Positions 56,584 to 64,000 of a stretch of DNA of 64,000 nt are shown here, in pieces. Source of the DNA: Thermoplasmata archaeon (GTDB taxonomy: Archaea; Thermoplasmatota; Thermoplasmata; Lutacidiplasmatales; UBA184). Each line of letters opens with the position of its first letter. Position 1 is the stretch's first letter. Under the pieces are notes generated by a model. The model was given only the letters and a program-made list of their open reading frames with translations. It had not been told where the DNA came from and did not search any database. The stretch lies in NCBI GenBank assembly GCA_021798195.1, contig JAJZYH010000009.1, forward strand, positions 56 to 64,055. The letters run 5' to 3'. The translations under genes were made by a program, and so were the position numbers.

Positions 56584-57912
56584 TTACTTCCCCTCCATGA
56601 TGGTCACGGTCACCGAGGATCCGGTGCCCGCGTGACTGTGGATGGCGCCCCGCTTGGCCTTGGGGATCTGCAGCCGGTCGCTCCCGAAGTGCTTCCCGAT
56701 GGTCCCCTGGAGCTGCCAGAAGGCGAAGACCGCCTGCATGAGCCCCGTGGCTCCCACGGGGTGTCCGCAGGCGATGAGGCCGCCGGAAGGGTTCACCGGG
56801 ATGGTCCCGGCGCGGGGGACGGGGAACCCGTAGTCGATGTTGGGAAGGAACGCATCGCCCCGCTCCACGAAATCGTACCCCTCGCCGTACTTGCACAGTC
56901 CCAGGTCCTCGTAGGTCTGGATCTCGCTGGAGGAGTAGGCGTCGTGGAGCTCGATGAAATCGAGGTCCTTCCCGGGGTTCTCGATGCCCGCGTGCCGGTA
57001 AGCTTCGAGCCCGGCGGAACGGCCCGCCCGGAACGAATGGACCCCCGGATACTCCAGATGGGCGTAGTCGGAAGGCTTTTCGTGCGGCATCAGGAGGACC
57101 TTCCCGAACGGCCGGTCGGCGAGCCGCATGGTATCGGTCCCGCATCCCACCCCCTTGATGAGGATGGGGTGGTCCGTGAGCTCCTTCGCCCGCTCCTCGG
57201 TGCAGAGGATCGCGGCGGCGGCGCCATCGGACATGGTGCAGATCTGCTCCCGGGTGAGGGGGTAACTCACCATGTCCGATCCCAGGACGCCCGCCACGTC
57301 GATGTTCTTGGGATACTGGGCGTAGGGGTTGTAGAGTGCGTTCCGGTGGTTCTTCACCGACACCTTGGCCATCACACGGGTGCCGTACTCGATGGCCTTG
57401 CGCTGGGCCTCCCGCTCGTCGGAAATGTGGGAGAACTTGGCCCGGCGCACGTACTCAAAGAGGTGCCGCATCACCATGAGGGCGTAGTACCCCGTGTAGA
57501 ACCCGCCCAGAGGGAAGTCGAAGTTGGTGTCGCTCGCGAGGGCGATGAACTCGTTTCCCTTCCAGGTGGCCACCCGGCTCATGGTCTCGAACCCGATGGC
57601 GAGGCAGGTGTCCATGCGCCCCGAGGCCACGGCCTCGTAGGCGGCCTGGAAGCACTCGCCGCCCGTGGCGCCTCCCCATTCGATCCGGACGGAGCCCCGA
57701 GGGTTGAGGCCCAGGTAGTCCTGGACCATGCTCGCGGCCTTGAGCTGGCGGGTGAAGTGGTCCGAGAAGTACGAGATCCGGGTCCCGTCGATCCCGTCGA
57801 GACGCAGGTTGGGCACCTCGGCGCGCGCGCGGTCGAACGCGTTCTTGCACATCAGGCGGAAGTCCATCTCGGGGTGGGCCTTCGCGAACTTCGTGACCCC
57901 GCCGGATACCAT
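56584..57912 (-). CDS. Thiolase (archaeal acetyl-CoA acetyltransferase / SCP-x-like)
   Basis: Thiolase body with catalytic Cys context (GGATGGECF), C-terminal GHPVGATGLMQ. Start taken at MVSGGV (57912). Confidence 0.75.
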   Translation of the reverse strand: MVSGGVTKFAKAHPEMDFRLMCKNAFDRARAEVPNLRLDGIDGTRISYFSDHFTRQLKAASMVQDYLGLNPRGSVRIEWGGATGGECFQAAYEAVASGRMDTCLAIGFETMSRVATWKGNEFIALASDTNFDFPLGGFYTGYYALMVMRHLFEYVRRAKFSHISDEREAQRKAIEYGTRVMAKVSVKNHRNALYNPYAQYPKNIDVAGVLGSDMVSYPLTREQICTMSDGAAAAILCTEERAKELTDHPILIKGVGCGTDTMRLADRPFGKVLLMPHEKPSDYAHLEYPGVHSFRAGRSAGLEAYRHAGIENPGKDLDFIELHDAYSSSEIQTYEDLGLCKYGEGYDFVERGDAFLPNIDYGFPVPRAGTIPVNPSGGLIACGHPVGATGLMQAVFAFWQLQGTIGKHFGSDRLQIPKAKRGAIHSHAGTGSSVTVTIMEGK

Positions 57913-58045
57913 GTAGACGCGCCGTCCCCCCCGTCGGGGGGACGACGGCGTCGGAGTTCCGGAAAAGACATCTCGGGGGCCTTCTCCCTTCTTGCTCTGC
58001 GGCATCGGGTTTCGTCTCCTGCCCCTTTGGGAAAGGGAGGGAGTC

Positions 58046-59218
58046 TTAACCTTTGGCGACGTCAGACGCCGTTCGAGGCGCTGGGACTTCTTCCACGGAG
58101 CCGTCCTCGCCTCTCGGGGCGGCTTCCTGCGGGAATTCCAGGAGGAACCTCCGGTAGACCGCATGGCATCGCTCCAGGGAACCAAGGTCCACCCATTCGT
58201 CGTCCGCGTGGGCCCCTTCCCCGGAGGGTCCGAAGACCACGGTGGGAGCCCGGCTCCCGAACACGTTGAAGTCGCCCACGGCGGGCATGTGGAAGCGCCT
58301 CACCCGTCCCAGCTCCACCTTCGCAGCCCGAAGGAACCGCTGGACCCAGGCGTCCTTGGGATCCCCCTCGAACGCCGGTAGCCAGGGGGTGGTACGCGGG
58401 GCCGGCTCCACGTCCCAGCGCAGGGAGGAGTCCGCGCGGGACCCTCCCCGGGTGAGCCGCAGGAGTTCGTCCCGGTCGGCGGCGGAGTCGCGTCCGGGCG
58501 GGAGCGCGTGGTCCAGGCGGACCCGGACCCTTCGCGGGAGGGTGACCTCCCCCTCAGCCTCCGAGTGGATCGAGAGGGGGACGAAGTCCCCGGGGAGGGA
58601 CCCCACGAAGCGGGACATGGCGAGCACGGGGTTGGGAGGTGCCTTCGTGGCCCGGAGTTCCTCGCCATGACCTCCCGTGCCCCGGACCGAGACCTGCCAG
58701 ACGATCCGCCCGTTCGCGGAGACGGCGCAGCGCTCCCACGTGGGTTCCGGGACGAGGACGACGCTGGGGTCCTGGGGGAGATGGCGAAGGACCTCCCAGG
58801 CGCCCGCGGATTCCGCCTCCTCGTCGGTGGTCACCACGAGCCCCAGGTTGAACCGCGGGTCGTCCCGGAACTCCTCCAGGAGGAGCAGGGAGATGGCGAG
58901 TCCGCCTTTCATGTCCAGTGCCCCTCGCCCGTACATCTTCCCCCCCGCCACCTCGCCGGCGGGGTGGCTGGGTTCCTCGCCCGGAGGGACCGTGTCCGCG
59001 TGCGTGGCCCACAGGACCGTGGGCCGACGCGGGTCCGGGGGATGCCCCGCCACCAGGACGGGCGCGAACCCCGGTCCCGTGAGCCGGTCCGTGGGGATGC
59101 GCGCGGCGGAAAGGAACTTCTCCAGCCGGACCAGAAGCGTGTCGCAGTCTCCGGTGGGGCTCGCAATCTTCACGAGGGTCTCGCTGAGGGCCCGGAGGCG
59201 GTCGGGAACGGGAGCCAT
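58046..59218 (-). CDS. M20-family metallopeptidase/deacylase (ArgE/DapE/LysK-like)
   Basis: M20 motifs (HADTVPPG, GRGALDMKGG, TDEEAESAG). Divergent from argF. Confidence 0.7.
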   Translation of the reverse strand: MAPVPDRLRALSETLVKIASPTGDCDTLLVRLEKFLSAARIPTDRLTGPGFAPVLVAGHPPDPRRPTVLWATHADTVPPGEEPSHPAGEVAGGKMYGRGALDMKGGLAISLLLLEEFRDDPRFNLGLVVTTDEEAESAGAWEVLRHLPQDPSVVLVPEPTWERCAVSANGRIVWQVSVRGTGGHGEELRATKAPPNPVLAMSRFVGSLPGDFVPLSIHSEAEGEVTLPRRVRVRLDHALPPGRDSAADRDELLRLTRGGSRADSSLRWDVEPAPRTTPWLPAFEGDPKDAWVQRFLRAAKVELGRVRRFHMPAVGDFNVFGSRAPTVVFGPSGEGAHADDEWVDLGSLERCHAVYRRFLLEFPQEAAPRGEDGSVEEVPAPRTASDVAKG

Positions 59219-59323
59219 TCCCCATGCCAAGGGGGGGGATGAGATAGCCGTTTCTCGTGGGACCTTGGGTCCGCGGAGGGGGACGCGGCCAAGCTTAAAT
59301 CCGGGAGACCCTTCCGCCGCCCC

Positions 59324-60328
59324 ATGGCGAACCCCCCGAAGCGGGACCTCCTCTCCATCGCCGACATCGCGTCGGATCTTCCGGAGATCGTGGAACGGGC
59401 CCATCAGTGGAAGCAGTGGCGCCGACGGGGGACCCTCCGTCAACCGTTGCGGGGAAAGAACCTCGCGATGATCTTCGAGAAGCCGTCGACCCGCACCCGC
59501 AGTTCGTTCGAGATCGCCATGACCGACCTCGGCGGGCATGCGGTCTATCTCTCCCCGCGGGACATGCAGCTGGGCCGGGGGGAGACCATCCCCGACACCG
59601 CCCGCGTCCTTTCCCGCTACTACGACGGGATCGTCTACCGCGCCTTCCGCTGGCAGGACGAGGCGACCCTGGCCCAGTGGGCCACGGTCCCGGTGGTGAA
59701 CGCCCTGGACGACCGGGAGCATCCGTGCCAGATCGTGGCCGACCTCCTCACCCTGTACGAGGCCTGGGGGGGGAAGTTCGCCGGGCGACGCCTCGCCTAC
59801 ATCGGCGACGGCAACAATGTGCTGAACTCGCTCCTCCAGGGGGCGGCGATCATGGGGATCTCCTTCGTGGCGGCCATCCCCGAGAAATACCGCCCCGCCG
59901 CCGACCTTGTGGCCCGGGCCGAGGGATGGGCCAAGGCCTCCGGCGCCACCGTGCGCCTGGTGACCGCCCCCGCCGAGGCGGCGCGGGACGCCGATGCCAT
60001 CTACACGGACGTGTGGGTCTCCATGGGGGACGAATCCGAGGAGGCCCGGCGCACGCAGGACTTCCAGGGGTACCAGATCAACGACGCCCTCCTCGACCTG
60101 GGACGGCCGGGCTGCTTTGCCCTCCACGACCTCCCGGCCCACCGGGGGCTGGAGATCACCGACGCGGTGATGGACGGGGAGCGGCAGCGGATCTGGGACC
60201 AGGCGGAGAACCGCCTGCACGCCCAGAAGGCGATCCTGGAGCGCCTCCTGTCGCCGGGCTCCGGGAACCGGCCCCGGGGGAGCCGGCCCCTCACGCGGCG
60301 GGTTCGCTCGCGCGGATCCGGATCTTGA
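59324..60328 (+). CDS. argF: Ornithine carbamoyltransferase
   Basis: STRTRSSFE, DVWVSMGDE, HDLPAHRGLE (OTC-type LPAxRG motif). Confidence 0.8.
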   Translation: MANPPKRDLLSIADIASDLPEIVERAHQWKQWRRRGTLRQPLRGKNLAMIFEKPSTRTRSSFEIAMTDLGGHAVYLSPRDMQLGRGETIPDTARVLSRYYDGIVYRAFRWQDEATLAQWATVPVVNALDDREHPCQIVADLLTLYEAWGGKFAGRRLAYIGDGNNVLNSLLQGAAIMGISFVAAIPEKYRPAADLVARAEGWAKASGATVRLVTAPAEAARDADAIYTDVWVSMGDESEEARRTQDFQGYQINDALLDLGRPGCFALHDLPAHRGLEITDAVMDGERQRIWDQAENRLHAQKAILERLLSPGSGNRPRGSRPLTRRVRSRGSGS

Positions 60329-60734
60329 GCGTCCGCTCGATCTTCCGGACGAGGGCGTCGGGCGGGGTCATGGACCCCGCCTCGAGCTTGTGGATCACCG
60401 AGGTCTTCTCGTTGAGGAGCTGGCCGAACTTCTCCTGGGAGAGCCCCATCCGTTCCCGCGCCGACCGGATGCGCCGGGGCCAGTCCGGCGCGAGCTCCAT
60501 CTCGGGGAGCTCGGCGAACAGGTCGCGCTCGGTCCTCCGCGTCGTCCGGTCCGCGAGCCGCGTCTCCACCACTTCCCGGGCCGCGGGGCCCTTGGGAAGT
60601 GGCGCGGTGGAGGTCCGGGAGGTGTCCAGCACCTTCCCGAACCGGCTGCAGGCGGTGCAGACCTTGAGCACCGACCCCTCCACCGAGATGGTCACCAGTG
60701 TCGTCTCGTCCTTCCCGCACATCTCACACCGCAT
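60291..60734 (-). CDS. Archaeal multiprotein-bridging-factor-1-like regulator (aMBF1: N-terminal zinc ribbon + C-terminal XRE-type HTH)
   Basis: MRCEMCGKD...VCTACSRFG ribbon, then the MGLSQEKFGQLLNEKTSVIHKLEAG HTH. Confidence 0.65.
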   Translation of the reverse strand: MRCEMCGKDETTLVTISVEGSVLKVCTACSRFGKVLDTSRTSTAPLPKGPAAREVVETRLADRTTRRTERDLFAELPEMELAPDWPRRIRSARERMGLSQEKFGQLLNEKTSVIHKLEAGSMTPPDALVRKIERTLKIRIRASEPAA

Positions 60735-61326
60735 CGTCGGAACCTCCCGAAGCCTCCGGTCCTTCCCTGGCCCGCGGGGGCGCGTGCCCCACGATCCTCT
60801 CGAGGGCCCCCGGAAGGGCTTCGAACGCATCGATGGATAGGGTGGGCTCCTCCCGGGTTCCCCGGGGGACCCGGGGATAGCGGGGGCTCCAGCGGAGGAA
60901 GATGGTGCGGAGGCCCGCGCGCCGTGCACCGGCCACGTCGACCGCGAGGTTGTTCCCCACCATCACGGTGGTCCCGGGGCGGGTCCCCAGGGCCGTCCAG
61001 CCCGCCTCGAAGGCGACGCGGTCCGGCTTTTCCCAGCCCAGGTCCGCGCTGGACAGGATGGCGGAGAAGAACCCGCCGATGCCCCATGCATCGAGGTGTC
61101 CCGAGAGCGTCGTGCGGTCGTGGACGCTGTTGGTGAGGATTCCCAGGCGATAGCGGGAGGCGAGCCGGGGCAGCGTCCCGCGGACGCCGGGGACGAGGGG
61201 CTCCGGATCGCGGAAGGCACGGCCCTCGTCGAGGAGGGTGTCCCCCAGGTCGAAGAGCACCCCTTCCACGGGGTATCCCGCTCGCCGAGGCGCCTTCGAG
61301 GGTCCGGTGGGTCCGTGCTCCGTCAT
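60724..61326 (-). CDS. HAD-superfamily hydrolase
   Basis: FDLGDTLLD (DxD motif I) and GNNLAVDVAGARRAG (motif IV). Confidence 0.6.
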   Translation of the reverse strand: MTEHGPTGPSKAPRRAGYPVEGVLFDLGDTLLDEGRAFRDPEPLVPGVRGTLPRLASRYRLGILTNSVHDRTTLSGHLDAWGIGGFFSAILSSADLGWEKPDRVAFEAGWTALGTRPGTTVMVGNNLAVDVAGARRAGLRTIFLRWSPRYPRVPRGTREEPTLSIDAFEALPGALERIVGHAPPRAREGPEASGGSDDAV

Positions 61327-61829
61327 GGGGAGCCCCCTCCCGTGGGGCGCCGGGCCTTCCGTTCCTCTGCGCGCCGGCGCCCCTCCTCGAGGAGGCGGCG
61401 CTCTTCCGGGGTCTCCGCAAGGATGGGGGGCACCGGGACGGGCCTCCCGTCCGGCCCGATGGCCACCATGGTGACGTAGGCATTCCCCACGGTCCGACGG
61501 GAGGTCCCGTGGAGGTCCTCTGCCTCGATGTGAATGGACACCTCGAGAGAAGTGTGGCCCACGTGGGTGACCTGTCCCGTGAAGTGGACCACGTCGCTCA
61601 GGTGGACCGGTGCGAGGAAATCCATCCGGTCCACCGAGGCGGTGACCATGTTCTGCCGGGCGTGGCGGCTCCCCACGACGTAGGCGATCTCGTCGAGGAC
61701 CTTGAGGAGCGAACCGCCGAACACGTTCCCCGCGAAGTTCACGTCGGTGGGGAGCATGAGCCGGACGAGGGTGATCCGGCTCCGGGAGAACGGAACACCT
61801 TCGAGGGTCTCGGAAGAGGACAAGAACAT
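61323..61829 (-). CDS. Hotdog-fold acyl-CoA thioesterase (YciA/4HBT-like)
   Basis: PTDVNFAGNVFGGSLLKVLDEIAYVVGSRHA hotdog-fold signature. ATGA overlap with the HAD gene. Confidence 0.65.
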   Translation of the reverse strand: MFLSSSETLEGVPFSRSRITLVRLMLPTDVNFAGNVFGGSLLKVLDEIAYVVGSRHARQNMVTASVDRMDFLAPVHLSDVVHFTGQVTHVGHTSLEVSIHIEAEDLHGTSRRTVGNAYVTMVAIGPDGRPVPVPPILAETPEERRLLEEGRRRAEERKARRPTGGGSP

Positions 61830-61920
61830 CACCGTCCACGGGGGGGGCGGTCCGTGGAGGGAGCGGAACCCGGAGCGGGTCAAATAACCTTGCCCGCCCC
61901 ACGGTCCGGGGGGACTCCCG

Positions 61921-63960
61921 CTAGTCCCGGCGGAGTCCGGAGGCTCCCCCGTGGGTCGCCGGGGGCGTCGGGGAGGCGAGGAGGGGGACGGAAGGGGCCC
62001 GCGCGTCGGGACGGGGCGGTGCGCGGGGGCGCACCATGGGGAGGCGAGCCCCCCGGGCCGGACCCGGGGGAAGCCCCAGGCGTTCCCGGACCCAGTGCCG
62101 GACGTCATGGATGTAGAGGTTCCCGTAGGGGCAGGCCTCCATGCAATCCCCCACGCCACAGCACTTGGAGCTCCGGAACTCGCCTTCCCTCCGGAAGTGG
62201 CCGGGCATGTCCAGGAGACCCACGGGGCAGCTCTTGGCGCAGTCGAGCGTGGTGCACCGCTTGCAGACCTCCCGGTCCCGGACCTTGAGCTTGAAGAAGC
62301 CGATCTTGTGGAAGGCCTGGGCGATGGTCCCCGTGTAGCACCAGCCCATGGTGACGCAGTTGTAGTTGCCCATGTACGGGATGGTGACGAACATCACGTA
62401 CCACAGGACCCCGAAGTAGAGGTCGTAGAGGAAGATGGTGGGGTCCACGCCCCCCACGGTGATCCGGGCGATCCCGGCCTGGTCCAGGTAGGAGAGGGCC
62501 GAGGCTCCCAGGAGGGAGGTCATGACCACGCCCATGGTCACCGAATAGGCGGTGGAGAGCCGGCTGGAGAGGAACTTCCGGGCGAGGGGGGAGGACCGGT
62601 TGAAGGATTTCATGGCGTCGATGGTGGTCCCCTGGAACATGAGCGGGGCGGTGCAGAAGACCGAGCAGATGGCCCGACGCCCGAAGAGGATCGTGAGCGC
62701 CCCCGTGGCGACGTAGGTGAGGAGCACCGCGCCGAAGACCGACACCGCGAGGGGGGCGGAGCCGATCCCCATGCTCCAGCCCAGGAGGGGGACGGCGGGG
62801 CCCGAAGGGGCCCCGGGAAAGGCCCACGAGTAGTACAGGCTCGGATAGAACACCGCGAAGGCGCCGTAGGACCCCATCATGAGGGCGAGGCGGATGCGGG
62901 TCTCCCAGTACCGGCTCTCGCGGAGCTTGAAGACCACGAGGGCCCCCATCTCGATCCCCATCATGGCGAGGAACCAGGTGGACCCCGTCACGGCGGACAG
63001 GAACCAGAACCCTCCCAGGACGGCATGCAGGACCAGGGTGGGGCCTGTCCCCACGAGGGGAGGGATGGAGAGGACCGCCCCGTAGGCGGCGGGTTCCAGG
63101 ACAAGGTCCAGGAGGGCGCCCATGAAGACCTCGGCCACGAAGATCGCGGCCATGACGCCCACGGTCCAGCGGGGGCGGGCGAGCCAGGGGACCGGTTCGT
63201 GGTCCCTCCAGCGTTCCGGGAGGATCACGAGGTCGAAGAAGAGGACCATCTCGGCCAGGACCGAAGCGGCGAAGAGGAGGCCGGAGCCCTCGGCCCACCA
63301 GAGGTAGGTCCCCGCCATCATGGCGGCATAGACCCCGAGGAGGCCCAGCGTGTAGGCAAGGGCCACCGGCGGCAGTTGCCGGTGCCGGTAGAGGGTCTCC
63401 ATGACGTAGATGACGACGCCGATCATGAGGGCGCTCCCGGCGACCACGACGGGGCCCGCGAGGAAGTGGGGGAAGGCGGGGGGAGAAAGGGCCATGAGGG
63501 CCGCCTGCGCCCCCAGGAGGGCTACCCAGGGGGACGGCAGGGTCCGCCGGAGGAGGAACGTGCTGAGCCCCATCTCCCCGGCCATGGGGAGCAGGAACCA
63601 GGGGGAGTTCACCCCGAGGACGAGGATCTGGGACCAGGATCCGGCCATCCCTGGGGACAGGGTGCCCGCGGCCAGCTGGAACGTCCACCCCATGAGGAAC
63701 TCGTTGAGCACCACCAGGGTGAGGACGGCCAGGGCGAAGAGGGGTCTCCCGCGGAAGGGCGCGGGGACGTGACCGGAGCCCCCCCGGATCCGTGCCTGGG
63801 TCTCCCGGAGGAAGACCAGGAAGAGGGGGAACGCGCTCGCGGACATGACCCCGCTCGCGAGCCAGAGAGCCTCCACGAGGCGGGAGGGGCCAGGGGAAGC
63901 GACGTAGAGGAGCGCCGCCCCCAGCATGGAGACCATCATGACGAAGAGGAAGAGGTTCAC
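61921..63960 (-). CDS. Polytopic membrane protein (about 14 TM) with a C-terminal 2x[4Fe-4S] ferredoxin-like domain
   Basis: Long hydrophobic N-terminal part. C-terminal CKRCTTLDCAKSCP and CCGVGDCMEACP cluster motifs. Confidence 0.55.
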   Translation of the reverse strand: MNLFLFVMMVSMLGAALLYVASPGPSRLVEALWLASGVMSASAFPLFLVFLRETQARIRGGSGHVPAPFRGRPLFALAVLTLVVLNEFLMGWTFQLAAGTLSPGMAGSWSQILVLGVNSPWFLLPMAGEMGLSTFLLRRTLPSPWVALLGAQAALMALSPPAFPHFLAGPVVVAGSALMIGVVIYVMETLYRHRQLPPVALAYTLGLLGVYAAMMAGTYLWWAEGSGLLFAASVLAEMVLFFDLVILPERWRDHEPVPWLARPRWTVGVMAAIFVAEVFMGALLDLVLEPAAYGAVLSIPPLVGTGPTLVLHAVLGGFWFLSAVTGSTWFLAMMGIEMGALVVFKLRESRYWETRIRLALMMGSYGAFAVFYPSLYYSWAFPGAPSGPAVPLLGWSMGIGSAPLAVSVFGAVLLTYVATGALTILFGRRAICSVFCTAPLMFQGTTIDAMKSFNRSSPLARKFLSSRLSTAYSVTMGVVMTSLLGASALSYLDQAGIARITVGGVDPTIFLYDLYFGVLWYVMFVTIPYMGNYNCVTMGWCYTGTIAQAFHKIGFFKLKVRDREVCKRCTTLDCAKSCPVGLLDMPGHFRREGEFRSSKCCGVGDCMEACPYGNLYIHDVRHWVRERLGLPPGPARGARLPMVRPRAPPRPDARAPSVPLLASPTPPATHGGASGLRRD

Positions 63961-64000
63961 GGCGGCGGCGGTCCGTGTCCGCGCCTCCGAGGCCCATTTC

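Noticed and set aside
60724-61902. N-terminal 190 aa of the ORF containing the HAD hydrolase
   Set aside because: Upstream part is R/P/G/H-rich junk overlapping the thioesterase gene. The HAD domain begins at the internal ATG (61326), which overlaps the thioesterase stop as ATGA.

Overview
This is a gene-dense chromosomal segment from a high-GC (about 70%) archaeon, with genes on both strands. Evidence seen directly in the sequence supports the archaeal assignment: a tRNA-Ser(GCU) with a 32-nt intron inside its T-loop, an Hjc-type Holliday-junction resolvase, an aMBF1 (zinc ribbon plus HTH), a DUF835 protein, a yeast-like tRNA-Phe(GAA) without encoded CCA, and isolated AT-rich TATA islands 24-27 nt upstream of apparently leaderless genes. 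The content is mostly housekeeping or metabolic: a SUF Fe-S assembly locus (sufC, sufS, sufB, sufD, sufU, a ferredoxin and an ArsR-type regulator), Mre11-Rad50, UvrA and UvrC, topoisomerase I, and an M1 aminopeptidase. There are also two thiolase/DUF35 pairs with 3-hydroxyacyl-CoA dehydrogenase, aldehyde and alcohol dehydrogenases, SCP2 and a thioesterase, plus argF with an M20 deacylase and a Ras-like small GTPase. The most unusual systems are: (i) a CysO/MoaD-like ubiquitin-fold domain ending in Gly-Gly fused in one ORF to a MoeZ-type E1 and rhodanese, next to a JAMM peptidase and a CysM-type cysteine synthase; (ii) a four-gene operon built around a YdjI-type SPFH protein with triple zinc ribbons plus two further zinc-ribbon proteins and a membrane protein; (iii) an orphan P-loop ATPase with a small zinc-ribbon ORF (weak call), driven from a bidirectional TATA box shared with hjc. 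No CRISPR array, rRNA or obvious mobile element was seen. Many long ORFs in the supplied track are antisense artefacts of the high GC content and are excluded.
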